Counted from the stretch's first letter, positions 1 to 12,583 are shown. The stretch: 64,000 bases of DNA from Eledone cirrhosa (GCA_964016885.1 OZ024758.1:13454001-13518000); one strand, 5' to 3'. The notes: generated by a model not told the origin, from the letters alone. Numbers and translations are program-made.

Positions 1-129
1 CAAGGCACCATGACAAATGGAGAGATGCTGTGCTGAATAGGACCTGTCCCACCCTTGCAAGCAGGGAAAAGCAGACGTAAAATGATGATGAGGATGTATA
101 TGTTGTCCAGGGAAAGGCTAACACCGATA

Positions 130-290
130 CAGTTTGGCACCAGTGACATCGCAATTCATTTTTAAGCTGAGTAAACTGGAGCAACATGAAATAAAGTGTC
201 TTGCTCAAGGACATAACACATCACCCGGTTCGAGAATCGAACTTACAACCTTTCAATTGCAAGCCCAATGCTTTAACCACTAAGCCATGC
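130..290 (-). mobile_element. tRNA-derived SINE family 1 (CORE-like), partial
   Basis: Minus strand has a tRNA-like head (tggcttagtggttaaagc...gttcgattc) then tccttgagcaagacacttt core. The same family occurs at 8440, 29790, 32310, 39720 and 57822. Confidence 0.75.
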
Positions 291-587
291 AGTATAATAA
301 TTAACAGTATAATAATTAATAATAACAGTTTAATAATTAAACATGTGAAATTATTTGTACTGAGAAAATGTGTTTCTTGTTGGCCTACTTTTCATATTGA
401 TAATAATATTATTGATAATAATAATTTTGCTAGCAATAATTATGGCAGCTTTATTAAAATGATATTTTCATGGCAATAAGACAATAATTATTTTCAATAA
501 GCAGCAATGTAGTGCAAAAGATAATAATTGTTGCCAAAGAATTGTTTAGAATTGTCTTAGAGATGTGTTAAAGGAAACAAATAACAA

Positions 588-590
<3 letters not shown>

Positions 591-656
<66 letters not shown>

Positions 657-737
657 TTTCTCTCTCTCTCTCCCTCCTTCTCTCTCTCTCTCTCCCTCCT
701 TCTCTCTCTCTCTCCCCCTTTCTCTCTCTCTCTCTGT
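591..737. repeat. (CT)n microsatellite
   Basis: Direct CT/TC run; it creates the spurious SLSL N-terminus of ORF 565-2649. Confidence 0.95.
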
Positions 738-759
738 ATCTTTATTATATACATATATA

Positions 760-2649
760 CAACGCGATGACCAAAAACGTGAGGTGTTCAGGATTGCTAG
801 GCAATGCGTCAAGGAAAACCGTGATATTGTCGGGGAGAAGTGTGTACTAAACGACGATGGCACACTTGCCATCACCGACGCTGATAAGAAGGTAGCTTGG
901 AAGTGTCACTATGAAAGGCTTCTAAATGAGGAGAATAATTGGGAGAAAGGCAGTCTCCCCCATATCGACCCAATAGAGGGACCAGCAGTGTTAGTCGAGG
1001 GGAGTATAATAAGTAAGGCAATCAAGGATATGAAGACTGGTAAGGCGGCTGGGCCTTCGGAAATAGTTGCTGAGATGCTGAAGGCATCTGGCACGGTGGG
1101 ACACACCATGGTCACCCGCATAGTTAACCAAGTCGTACAGAACGGGGTTGTTCCGAAGGACTGGCATAGCAGCATCATCGTTAACTGTTATAAGGGTAAA
1201 GGAGACGCCCTAGATAGGAGTAACTATAGAGGCATTAAATTAATCGACCAGGTCATGAAGGTCACGGAAAGAGTAATAGCGCAACTAATCAGAGAGAGAA
1301 TTGACCTAGATGAAATGCAGTTCGGGTTTGTGTCAGGCAAAAGTACCACAGACGCTCTTTTCATAGTACGACAACTACAGGAGAAGTACCTAGCTAAAGG
1401 TAAACCCCTCTACTTAGCTTTTGTCGACTTGGAGAAAGCCTTCGACAGAGTCCCCCGCTCCATTATCTGGTGGGCTCTTAGAAAACTAGGCGTTGACGAA
1501 TGGCTTGTGAGGGCTATACAAGCCATGTATAAAGAAACAGTCAGCAAGGTTAGAATTAACAACGAATATAGTGAAGAGTTTAGCGTAAAAGTCGGCGTCC
1601 ATCAGGGCTCTGTTCTCAGTCCACTACTATTTATTATTGCCCTTCAGGCTATAACAGAGGAGTTCAAGACAGGCTGCCCATGGGAACTCCTATACGCAGA
1701 CGACCTGACACTCATAGCGGAATCAATGGCCGAGCTAGAGAAGAAATTCCAAACATGGAAGCACGGCCTAGAGTCAAAAGGACTTAAAATTAACCTGGCT
1801 AAGACCAAAGTACTAGTTTGTAGGAAAGAAAACAAGGCGGCGGTCCCTTCTGGGAAATGGTCGTGCTCGGTGTGTAGGAAAGGCGTAGGTAGAAACTCCA
1901 TTTTATGTCCTAAATGCAAAGTATGGGTGCATAAAAGATGTAGTGGGATCACAGGTAAGCTAACTAAGAACATAGATTTTACATGTGGCCGGTGCTCTGG
2001 TGCAATAAGTAGCAGCAAGTGCCCACAAACTACTAGCTCTTTCAATTGCGCAGAGGGTTCTATAGAAATAGTGGACAGCTTCCGTTACCTGGGCGATAAA
2101 ATCAGCAGTGGGGGAGGGTGCTCTGAAAGTACTGTAGCTAGAGTCAGAACTGGTTGGAAAAAGTTCAGAGAGCTTATACCACTATTAGCTGCTAAAGGGT
2201 TCTCACTAAAAATGAAAGGCAGGTTGTACGATGCCTGCATACGAACAGCAATGCTGCATGGCAGTGAGACCTGGGCATTGTGTGCAGAGGATATACGCAG
2301 ACTAGAGAGGAACGAAGCTTGCATGCTCCGCTGGATGTGTAACAGTAATATACGTGAACGGCAAAGCATAAACGAACTAAGGAATAAATTAGAGATAAGA
2401 GGGATCAGATGTTGTTTACTCGAGAGAAGGCTACGTTGGTATGGACACGTGATGCGCATGAAAGTCGATAGCTGTATAACAAAGTGCAGGGCAATAAAGA
2501 TAGACGGTAGTCACGGAATAGGCAGACCTAGAAAAACCTGGGACGAGCTGATAAACTCCGACATCACACACTTACACCTCTCCAAGACAATGTCACTGGA
2601 CCGAGACCTTTGGCGGTACTCAGTAACAGAGAAGACCCGCCTTACCTAA
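760..2649 (+). CDS. RTE reverse transcriptase ORF remnant with an inserted PHD-like zinc finger
   Basis: About 630 stop-free codons with RT motifs; C4HC3 pattern at about 1860-1995. Confidence 0.85.
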   Translation, partial: QRDDQKREVFRIARQCVKENRDIVGEKCVLNDDGTLAITDADKKVAWKCHYERLLNEENNWEKGSLPHIDPIEGPAVLVEGSIISKAIKDMKTGKAAGPSEIVAEMLKASGTVGHTMVTRIVNQVVQNGVVPKDWHSSIIVNCYKGKGDALDRSNYRGIKLIDQVMKVTERVIAQLIRERIDLDEMQFGFVSGKSTTDALFIVRQLQEKYLAKGKPLYLAFVDLEKAFDRVPRSIIWWALRKLGVDEWLVRAIQAMYKETVSKVRINNEYSEEFSVKVGVHQGSVLSPLLFIIALQAITEEFKTGCPWELLYADDLTLIAESMAELEKKFQTWKHGLESKGLKINLAKTKVLVCRKENKAAVPSGKWSCSVCRKGVGRNSILCPKCKVWVHKRCSGITGKLTKNIDFTCGRCSGAISSSKCPQTTSSFNCAEGSIEIVDSFRYLGDKISSGGGCSESTVARVRTGWKKFRELIPLLAAKGFSLKMKGRLYDACIRTAMLHGSETWALCAEDIRRLERNEACMLRWMCNSNIRERQSINELRNKLEIRGIRCCLLERRLRWYGHVMRMKVDSCITKCRAIKIDGSHGIGRPRKTWDELINSDITHLHLSKTMSLDRDLWRYSVTEKTRLT

Positions 2650-3052
2650 ATATATAGTAAAACCTACTCCAGCCAGTAGGCATCTCTAACAAAATACACC
2701 CCGTCCCACCACCCCCACCCCCACCCGATCCACACCACCCCGTTCTATGTAAAGTTATGTTGGTGCCGCGCCATCGAGGCCGAAACAAATGAGATCGTGT
2801 AGGTGTCACGACAAAAAAACACACAGTCCACGCTGTAATGTGGCCGTGTAGGCAACACGGTAAAAACCTCCCAGACCCACACTGTAAATGTGGTTGGTGT
2901 TAGGAAGGGCATCCAACTGTAGAAAACCTGCCAGACAGTCCTATGCGAGCAAGACAATCACTCTTGCCTCAAGTGGGACTACCCCCGTCCAAACCCATGC
3001 AAGCGTGGAACACGGACGTTAAACGTTGATGATGATGATGATGATGATGATA
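760..3052 (+). mobile_element. RTE-clade LINE, 5'-truncated (RT ORF, 3' UTR, (GAT)n tail)
   Basis: Uninterrupted RT ORF with NYRGIKL, QFGF, FVDLEKAFD, GVHQGSVLSP, YADD, FRYLG and RLRWYGHV motifs. No APE domain. Ends in acgttaaacgtt(gat)n. Confidence 0.95.
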
Positions 3053-3317
3053 TACATATGCAAGTGTGGAAAAACGGACATAAAAACAATGATGATGATG
3101 ATGGTGATGGTGATGATGATGATGGTAGTGGTGTTGGTGTTGGTGTTGTTGTTGGGGTGATAAAAATATATATAATTACCAATCTTTCCTGAAGGGGATT
3201 GGGGGGAGAGGGGGGGACACACACAGTTAAATAAGGTATTCAAAATGTTAGTGAAAAATACAGAAATATTTATGTGTGTGTATGTATATGTATGTATATA
3301 TATATATGCATTATATT

Positions 3318-3349
<32 letters not shown>

Positions 3350-3384
3350 ATCGTTTAACGTCTATCTTCCATGCTACCATGGGT

Positions 3385-3416
<32 letters not shown>

Positions 3417-3461
3417 TATATATATCATCGTTTAACGTCTATCTTCTATGCTAGCATGGGT

Positions 3462-3496
<35 letters not shown>

Positions 3497-3622
3497 GTAG
3501 GAGGTGAGTTTTATTGTAGTACAATAAAGCAATGCAGATATCGGATAAGAAGCACTCTACAGTTTGTAGGACTGGAGTATACATAATATAAGATCAAAAG
3601 ATGGTTAAAGGAGTTCCATGTA

Positions 3623-3689
3623 TTTTATTATGCGCATTTCAAAAACAAACATCATCATGCAATAATATTTGTGTTTTCATCAGATAAAA
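3623..3689 (-). ncRNA. Type I hammerhead ribozyme (family A, opposite arm)
   Basis: Reverse complement of 3746-3812. Confidence 0.78.
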
Positions 3690-3745
3690 CAGGAGAACAT
3701 GATATGAAGGGAAGTGTTTTTTAGCCTTCATATCATGTTCTCCTG

Positions 3746-3812
3746 TTTTATCTGATGAAAACACAAATATTATTGCATGATGATGTTTGTTTTTGAAATG
3801 CGCATAATAAAA
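3746..3812 (+). ncRNA. Type I hammerhead ribozyme (family A)
   Basis: ttttat-CTGATGA-aaacacaaat...tttgttttt-GAAA-tgcgca-TA-ataaaa: stem I ttttat/ataaaa, intact core, palindromic minimal stem III. Confidence 0.8.
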
Positions 3813-3844
3813 TACATGGAACTCCTTTAACCATCTTTTGATCT

Positions 3845-3930
<86 letters not shown>

Positions 3931-4025
3931 TTATCATCATTTTAAAGTATTTAATAATATTTCAAAAATGTTTATGTTTTTCACTTTTTTAAATTTCAAA
4001 TCAATATTCAATATTTTACTTTCAG

Positions 4026-4543
4026 AACGATTTTGTGTTGCTGATATGATTAGCATTCTAAAGGATGAACCGAGTGGCATTAACATGAAGGGAGTGTTTC
4101 GTACAATGAGCTCACATGTGTCATTTATCCGTCCACCTGGTTCACCATTAGCCTCTTGTCATTGGTTAACTGGTACACCTGATCCAGTTTTCTCAATATT
4201 TAAACCGTTTGTTTTCACCGACGGGGCTAATATTGGTGCCAGTACAAAATCCCCGAATTTTGGTTCGGAAGATCCAGCTAAATGTATCCCAAGGTTCCGT
4301 CGAAGAGTTGATCGTAGCACACCATTGTTTGAAGAACACGAACGTGTTTATTTAAGTTGCGGCACAAAGGGTCGAGAGTCAGATAAGTGGCTTAAGGAGA
4401 TGAACACACTGCAAGCCGGAATTATCAGAGAGACAGAAGAATTTATTAATGATGCTGAGAAGCTTCAGTTAAACAAAGGTACCAAAAAGACACTTTTCAG
4501 GATGGCTGTTCACAAAGAAATGGTACTTTATAGCAAAAGGTAA
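4026..4543 (+). CDS. SCRN: Secernin (peptidase C69 family), C-terminal coding exon; upstream exons lie outside the window
   Basis: Acceptor ttttactttcag at 4025. Translation MISILKDEPSGINM..FRTMSSHVS..CHWLTGTPDPVFSIFKPFVF..PRFRRRVDR matches the secernin C-terminal region. Paralog not resolvable. Confidence 0.85.
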
Positions 4544-4727
4544 GACATTTATTTATAACATTAAGTGGTTCTCCTATATGTCTCCATCTTTGTTTTATCT
4601 GTTGCTTTAAAGCAAATATTTTGTCTGTATCTTGTGTGAGAAAATGTGGGTGGTTGAGTAGACAAAGTACTCTAAGGCCAAGAGAATGGGTCAATGATTC
4701 AGAGCTAATTACAGGTATAGGAAAGTG

Positions 4728-4975
4728 TCTTCTTCTTCTTCTTAGCCCACTTATTCCTGAGAGAGTCGTGGGAGTAGGGTCCTCAAACACTCTTTCCAGC
4801 GGGTCCTGTCAGAAGCAATCATTTCCAATTGATCCAGCTGGATACCCTCAAGTGAGACCAGCCAAGCTCATGGATGCTATCCAATCATCTTACTCAGGGT
4901 CTCCCCCTGGGTCTCTTGTTGGCTGGTTTTGCCTGTGAAATCTGTCCAGCGATTCTTTCCTGAGACATTCTAATA
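4728..4975 (-). mobile_element. RTE-like LINE 3' fragment with (GAA)n tail
   Basis: Minus strand gives a degenerate RPGG..IHELGWSHL..IASDRTRWKECL C-terminus followed by gaagaagaag. Confidence 0.7.
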
Positions 4976-4977
4976 AC

Positions 4978-5424
4978 ACTGGGTGTATTTTATTATGGCT
5001 CCAGTACTACCACTTTACAGAGTGTACTGGGTGTATTTTACTGTGACACCAGTACTCCCACTTTACAGAGTGGACTGGGTGTATTTTACTGTGACACCAG
5101 TACTCCCACTTTACAGAGTGTACTGGGTGTATTTTATTATGGCTCCAGTACTCCCACTTTACAGAGTGGACTGGGTGTATTTTACTGTGGCACCAGTACT
5201 ACCACTTTACAGAGTGTACTGGGTGTATTTTACTGTGACACCAGTACTCCCACTTTACAGAGTGTACTGGGTGTATTTTATTGTGGCTCCAGTACTCCCA
5301 CTTTACAGAGTGGACTGGGTGTATTTTACTGTGGCACCAGTACTACCACTTTACAGAGTGTACTGGGTGTATTTTATTGTGGCACCAGTACTACCACTTT
5401 ACAGAGTGTACTGGGTGTATTTTC
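4978..5424. repeat. 48-bp minisatellite, about 9 copies
   Basis: Unit actgggtgtattttactgtggcaccagtactaccactttacagagtgt, period 48. Confidence 0.95.
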
Positions 5425-5896
5425 CCATGATATTAGCACTAAAGTAGAAAACCCAATAATACTTTCTAGCTTGATTGTTAATTATCATGGAAAAAAATTG
5501 ATAGAAATGGCTAAGAGACTGAATTCCTGCAACCTCAGATCATCCCTGATTAAATTAAGCTTATCAAACCAAAGCGTAAATATATTTTGACAGATGACCG
5601 ATTCCTTATGGAATTACTTTATAGAAATGTAATAGAAATTAAAGAAAGGACCATTAATGTTTGTTGAAGTAGATTGGAAAGTGAGGAAGCTTCTTGTTGT
5701 TAAACTGATTACATACTTGTCCATGCAAGCAGTTTAAGAAGTTTTAAAAGGATCTTTTCATATTACATGTAGATATTTTCTATGCTAATGTATGTGTATG
5801 TGTTTATATGTCTTATTATATGTGTTTGTGTATGTGTATGTGTTTCTACGACTTTGTATATGTGTTTCTATGCTAGTGTATGTGAATCTATGTATA

Positions 5897-6295
5897 AATA
5901 ATAATAATAATAATGAAATTATTGTGTACAGTGCTCAGGTGCACTACAACTCGTCAAAGGTGCATGTATAGTACATAGAATAATATACAAATGTCAGGAG
6001 AGTGAATAGTGTGAGTCATGATATACATGTGTGTATGTGTATGGAGGGGGAATATTAGATGTAGTGTTGGCGAATCTCAGGAAACATGGAGGTTTTAAAG
6101 GATGCAGTGTCTCGACAGCTAACAACTGATGCAGGTAGTTTGTTCCATGCTTCAGCAACTCTGAGCGTGAAAAAATGTTTCCGAAAGTCATGGGAGCTGT
6201 GCTGTTTTCTGACTTTGTAGGCATGCCTACGTGTGTTAGACATATGGAAATCAAAAAGGTACCCAGGGCTGTTGTTGGCAAGATGGTCAACAATT
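5897..6295 (-). mobile_element. CR1-like LINE 3' end with (ATT)n tail
   Basis: TRRHAYKV..FRKHFFTLRVAEAWNKLPASVV..SFK C-terminal signature. The same 3' UTR occurs at 27232-27345 and 51870-52065. Confidence 0.85.
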
Positions 6296-6523
6296 ATGTA
6301 TGTATGTACATGTAGTCTTTCTGTGTCTATGTATGTATATGTAGTCATTCTGTGTATGTGTTTCTGTGAATCTATGTATGTGTGTGTAGTCTTTCTATGT
6401 ATGTAGTCTTTCTCTGTATGTGTATGTGTATATGTATGTGTGTGTTTTGTTTACATGAATACTTAATATCAGGCTGTATATGTATATTTCATGAAGAGAC
6501 ATTTAAAATGTCTTACCACAGTA

Positions 6524-6756
6524 TAGTGTACTGGATGCATTTTATCATGACACCAGCCCTAACACTTTACAGGGTGTACTGGGTATATTTTATCATGACA
6601 CCAGCCCTAACACTTTACAGGGTGTACTGGATGTATTTTATCATGACACTAGCCCTAACACTTTACAGGGTGTACTGGATGTATTTTATCATGACACCAG
6701 CCCTAACACTTTACAGGGTGTACTGGATGTATTTTATCATGACACCAGTACTACCA
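6524..6756. repeat. 48-bp minisatellite, about 5 copies, related to 4978-5424
   Basis: Unit gtgtactggatgtattttatcatgacaccagccctaacactttacagg. Confidence 0.9.
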
Positions 6757-6824
6757 ATGTGTGTGGATGTAGGATATGTAATATGTTATGTATGTATGTA
6801 TACATAATTTGCATCAATATATAG

Positions 6825-6855
<31 letters not shown>

Positions 6856-7549
6856 GCTATACATTTGAGTGTCTATAGAACATTGTGCAAATATACATAT
6901 TTGAATATAAATGTACATATGTCTATGTGTATCTATATATATATATGTGTGTGTCTGTCAATATGTATATATATATATATGTCTGTCAGTCAATATATAT
7001 ATATATATATGTGTGTGTGTGTCTGTGTCTATGTCTATGTATCAGTACGTATATATTAGCAGAGAATTTTTTTCAATCACTTTGAGAATTCATTACATAT
7101 GCCTCATTTTATACAAGAAGATTCGATATTAATGTATTTAATGTATTCATATGAAAATCTTAGAGATTTTAAATGTATTACATGAGAAGGTTTTTAAGTT
7201 ACATTTTTTTCTAAATATTAATATTTCTAAGTTGACCCTATCCCAACGCTCATGAAAAAATGAGGGTCCTGGTTGTGTAAATACAATGCTTCCATTTTAC
7301 AGAACAGGGACTCCTGTTTTTTTTGATTGAGACAAAGAAACTGAAGGTAAAACAATCATGTTTACATCATCATTCAATTAATTGCATCATTCATTTCTTT
7401 ATAATAATCTTTTAACAAATTTCAGCTCGTTAATCTGGAAAGTTCTTTTTAACAATTTTTTATTATTATTTTTTTTTTTTTACATGCATTACTAATGAGA
7501 ACGCACAGAAATATATTTTACATTTTTACTTTACTCAATATAAAAAGCA

Positions 7550-7972
7550 ATTACAGTGGAAGGGTCATTTTAACTATTATAGATTGGTAGGGTCATTTTA
7601 AGAACTACATATTGGAAGGGTCATTTTAAGAATTACATATTGGAAGGGCCATTTTAAGAATTGCAGATTTGAAGGGTCATTTTAACTATTATAGATTGGT
7701 AGGGTCATTTTAAGAACTACATATTGGAAGGGTCATTTTAAGAATTGCAGATTTGAAGAATCATTTTAACTATTATAGATTGGTAGGGTCATTTTAACAA
7801 TTACATATTGGAAGGGTTATTTTAAGAACTACATATTAGAAGGGTCATTTTAAGAATTACACATTTGAAGGGTCATTTTTAACAATTCTAGATTGGTAGG
7901 GTCATTTTAAGAATTACATATTAGAAGAGTCATTTTAAGAATTACATATTGGATGGGTCATTTTAACAATTC
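7550..7972. repeat. 28-bp minisatellite, about 15 copies
   Basis: Unit tggaagggtcattttaagaattacatat. Confidence 0.9.
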
Positions 7973-8234
7973 AAAAAACCCACAAAAACTGTTAACTTCA
8001 TTTTTACATTTACAGTTTATATTTTGATGCCAAATTTTCATCACACTGTTTACAACCTGGTCACTGACACAGCTCCTCACTGTAATTGCTTTAGTTTCAA
8101 CACGACATCTCAGATAAAGTCAATTGGCAGACAAATACAGCTCCAAAATCAATATAAATATATTTCTTGATGTAATTTTAAAGAAAAAAATTGTTTTCTG
8201 TTATCACTACTATTATTATTGTTGTTATTGTTGT

Positions 8235-8278
<44 letters not shown>

Positions 8279-8439
8279 GTATTATTATTATTAGTATTTA
8301 TTTATTTATGCTAAAATATTTATCTACTTATTCAAGCTTATAAAATTTATTTATTTATTCATGCTTATAAAATATATTATTTTATTTATGGAACTAATAC
8401 AAACCCATATATACACATACACATATGTACGCATATGTT

Positions 8440-8710
8440 AAGGCGCATAGCTTAGTGGTTAGAGGATTAGGCTTGCAATCGAAGGTTGTGAGTTCAATTC
8501 TCGGACCGGGTGATGTGTTGTTTCCTTGAGCAAGACACTTTATTTCACGTTGCTCCAGTTTACTCAGCTGAAAAGGAGTACCAGCAATAGATGGAGGTTT
8601 AACCCTGTGATGGACTAGCGTCCTGTCCAGGGGAAAGTTTTGTACTCTCAGTCGCTTCACGCCATGAAACCGGGATAAGCACCAGCCTTCTGGCTTAAGA
8701 CAGACTTTAG
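8440..8710 (+). mobile_element. tRNA-derived SINE family 1 (CORE-like), near full length
   Basis: A box tagcttagtggtt, B box gagttcaattc, ttgagcaagacactt core, 3' part ccgggataagc. Confidence 0.8.
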
Positions 8711-9112
8711 ATGTACGCATATGGCCTGCACACAGATACAATCACACACACACACACTTACATATATACTCAAGCTCACATATACACACATACATATATT
8801 TCCATTCATTCATTTATTTTTATACACCTTATGTAACCCACGTCATGGAGTGTTATTGCCCTCTTTGCAAAGGGGGTCAGAGCCCCGAAATATTATGTTG
8901 AAATATACTGGGTAAAACATTAGTTAGTTTTGTTTTATTTGTCATACTTTGCCCTTTATATATTTCTATGACATTGTCCTGGCTTTATGAAACTTGTCTA
9001 GGGTGGGTAAAATTCCCGAAATCCATGGACACAGTGGACTATTGTATGCGCCTTGCTCTGGAGAAACACCAGGACTCTGGCTTTACTGTAACACCAGCTC
9101 AGAGCAGGAGAG

Positions 9113-9337
9113 TTAACCCTTTAGCATTCACATTATTTTATATATACTATTATATTTTCATGGTAAAGGCTTTACCTCACAATATCTCACATAATATCAA
9201 ATCTATGAGATTTTGAAAGTATTTATTTTGAGATCAATACCTTAACATCAGTTTGAGTGACCAGTTACAGCCAGTTTCAACAGAAAGAGGTAGAGAATAC
9301 TGGCCAGTTTTGGCCGGTTTGAACATTAAAGGGTTAA
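9113..9337 (+). mobile_element. piggyBac-type MITE (TTAA-CCCTTTAG...TAAAGGG-TTAA)
   Basis: Terminal inverted repeats bounded by TTAA; about 9 copies in the window. Confidence 0.85.
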
Positions 9338-9339
9338 GG

Positions 9340-9485
9340 CAAAAAAGATATTGGATGCTGAATTTGCCGATGACATAGTTCTGGTGACAAACACAGTGAA
9401 GGAGGCAGAGGATTTGATGCAGGAGGTGGAGACTGTGTCAATGAGTGTGGGGCTGAGAATGAATGAGATTAAGACGAAGTATCTT
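9340..9485 (+). mobile_element. LINE RT fragment
   Basis: DAEFADDIVLVTNTVKEAEDLMQEVETVSMSVGLRMNEIKTKY: FADD motif to KTK motif. Confidence 0.75.
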
Positions 9486-9644
9486 TATTTGACATCTTTA
9501 TTTATATTTTTCAAACTAGTAACAAAAACAACACAACAACAATATCAACAACAACAACAATGTAAAACCAATGATGTAACAATAACAACAAAATAACAAC
9601 AATGGTATAATACAACTCCAGCTTTAGAAGCTGAGCGAAGATAC

Positions 9645-9686
<42 letters not shown>

Positions 9687-10077
9687 CATAATAATAATAG
9701 TATTAATTGTTATGAATTAGATTTAGTTTTGAGAGTAAAACTTATTCCTCATTCTCAAAACTACTCACCATTCCATTAACCATCCTAAAATTCTATTACA
9801 TATATTTATATTTGTTCCTTAACCTGACACATAAAACTTATTTACTTTTAAATAACAAGATAAAATATATCTACATATGAAACATATATATATATGTATA
9901 TATATATATGTGTATATATATATATATATAAAAATATATATATATATATATATATATGATTATTTAATATAGAAAGGGCTTGTAGAGAACTAGAACTGTT
10001 TTGTTCCTATTTAACTCGAGACCTACATTTATATATATATAAATATAGTTATATATGTGTATGTGTATATGTATATA

Positions 10078-10141
<64 letters not shown>

Positions 10142-10474
10142 CTCATGAATGAAAAAACACAATTCATATTTCTCTGCATTGCATTACAAATTTTTTTCTT
10201 GTTCTCAGTAGATAGAAATTTTGAAATAAAAAAAATAACTGCAATTTCTTATTTTTGTTTTCATATATCAAATAATTTTTTCTCTTTTTACTAATAAAAC
10301 ATTTGATCGCAATGGAATGCCAATAAGAACAAAATATAAAATAGATATAAAATAATATTTCACTAATCTTAATACCCATTAATTTCAGATTTGGGGATCA
10401 TTTTTTTTTAATTTATTGAAATTTTATTTATTTATTTATTCATTTATTTATTTTATATATATATATTTTGTTTA

Positions 10475-11430
10475 TTGGCGCTTACAGCCCTCGACCAGTC
10501 GGGCAATGCAATCAGTGGAAACTCTACCTTGGAGTTCAATAGAGGGTTAATGGAGAGAAAGAGCGATGATGTCCTTGGGGAGACTCTGGACGTCGACGAA
10601 AATCAACTAGCCAATCTCTTCGGGAGAACTTTTGGTCCCATGGACAACTTCCAGAAATCCTTGGCCTGGCAGTGCTACCGAGGAGTTTTGCCAGTTCGGG
10701 ATAAACTCTACAAGCATGGAAGTGCCGTCAGCCAGGCCTGTCCAAGATACGCGCAGGCCAACGAAACCATCCTGCATGCACTCGTCCAGTGTCTGAGCAT
10801 TGCTAACTTGTGGGTTTATGTTGAACACCTGCTGTTGCATGTAGGACGGATCTGGCTATCAGCTGAATCCACCATGAGGATTGCCCTGCCGTCTTCCTTT
10901 AGCCAGGAAGGGCAGGCAGTTTTTATCTGCCTGGTGGCCATGACGAAAGAGATTGTGTGGTGGACGCGTTTGAAAGGGCTGAAGACGAGCACTTACCTCT
11001 TCGGTGATGCCCTGATTAACTTTATCAAATTTCATTTGAAAAAGAAAATCAGGGTGGAGGGGGAAGTGCTCTCTTCCCATCAATTTGTTGAAAGGTGGGT
11101 GAGAGAGGCAATTATGGCGTGAGTGAATGGGTCTGCTCTAAGTGTGCACCTGTAAATTGAAGATGGAAAACTGGGAGAGGGCACTTGCCTTGGTGGTCAG
11201 GGTCACCGTGGCTTTTTTAATGGGCTTTCTCCACGAGTGTTCCTCAGAAGTCTCCCCCCTATTGGGGAATGTTCCTTTGTTTCCTTTTTTTGTAATTTCC
11301 TTTTTTTTTTCTTTACACAGAGAAATGCCCATTTGTATCATCCTGTATTGTCCTGTGTTGTCCTTAATGTTATACTTTATGTCAACCCTTGCGGTTAATA
11401 AAGAAAACATTATTATTATTATTATTATGA
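10475..11430 (+). mobile_element. L1/Tx1-clade LINE 3' fragment (zf-RVT region, 3' UTR, AATAAA, (ATT)n)
   Basis: LAWQCYRGVLPVRDKL..CPRY..ETILHALVQC..W is a degenerate C-terminal CCHC zinc knuckle. Confidence 0.8.
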
Positions 11431-11502
11431 TATGACCTCGTTTCCTAACCTCTTCCAGAGAAAGATAGAGAAAATTAATATGATTCGTGTTTGTTTTTCT
11501 AT

Positions 11503-11710
11503 TATTTTTATTTTTATTTTTATTTTTATTTTTATTTTTATTTTTATTTTTATTTTTATTTTTATTTTTATTTTTATTTTTATTTTTATTTTTATTTTTA
11601 TTTTTATTTTTATTTTTATTTTTATTTTTATTTTTATTTTTATTTTTATTTTTATTTTTATTTTTATTTTTATTTTTATTTTTATTTTTATTTTTATTTT
11701 TATTTTTATT
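11503..11710. repeat. (TTTTTA)n microsatellite
   Basis: Direct hexamer run. Confidence 0.95.
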
Positions 11711-12583
11711 CATTCTTGGAAGAAAAGGGAAAGATATACAGCAAAACAAAGAAGTTATTGTTTCTTGGGGGTTTTTTTCTGTCTTCTTAATTGGTATTAA
11801 ATTATTCTTTATAGACTCAAATTACTTAAATTAAAATAACTTTTTTGCCAATTATTTTCTCTCTTTCATGTTACCTTATCTTGTTTATTAGTCTTTTTTA
11901 TTTATATATTTATATATCTATATATATATTTATATATTTAATTATTTATATATATTTATTTATTTATATATTTATTTGTTTATTTATTTATTTATTTATT
12001 ATTTTATTCTTATTAGTCAAATTAATATAGACTTTTCATAGTTTCTGCCAGCAATTTGATAGCTGTAGAGAAACGGTTAATAACTGCCCTTATTGCATTA
12101 GACACTCATATGATGGGAAGTCAAGGGGCTTTTTTTTCTTATTTTTCTTCAGTTATTATTATTGTTTTTTTTTGTCTTGGCAATAGGTAATGTGTTAAAT
12201 ATCAAACATAACATATATTTTCTTTTTATCATTTCTTTCTTCTCCCAACCAAGACACAGACCAAATTTTGCTGAAAATTTATCTCACCATTAGAATTAGC
12301 TAATTAACTACAATTATTCTAAAGGATAGAAACTATACATTTCCTTTTTTTTTTTTACAAACAAAAAAAAAATCTCATTGTGGGTTTTTAGCCATAAGAA
12401 ATCAATAGAAATCCCTTGCTCTGATCGATCGACAAAATCCTAGACCTCATTCACTTGCTGAGTGGAGTGGACCTCATCAAATCAGACCAAGGAAACAATG
12501 TTTCCATTGTTAATATCATCTACTGGTTGCAACTCCTGACAGAAGGCCACACAGTCAGATATACACACACACACACACAGATA

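Larger units (their letters stand above)
3496..3852. mobile_element. (TA)n-embedded hammerhead element family A, fold-back copy
   Basis: Arms 3583-3710 and 3725-3852 are reverse complements. Near-identical sequence occurs at 16620-16824 and 58186-58440. Confidence 0.85.

Noticed and set aside
565-759. N-terminal extension of the 694-aa ORF
   Set aside because: It is a (CT)n/(TA)n microsatellite read in frame; LINE homology starts at about 760.
4983-5447. 154-aa repetitive ORF
   Set aside because: A 48-bp minisatellite whose unit length is divisible by three.
8440-8520. tRNA gene
   Set aside because: tRNA-like A/B boxes continue into a SINE body found in many copies; no proper cloverleaf.
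11138-11834. KNKN and FIFI ORFs
   Set aside because: (TTTTTA)n microsatellite.
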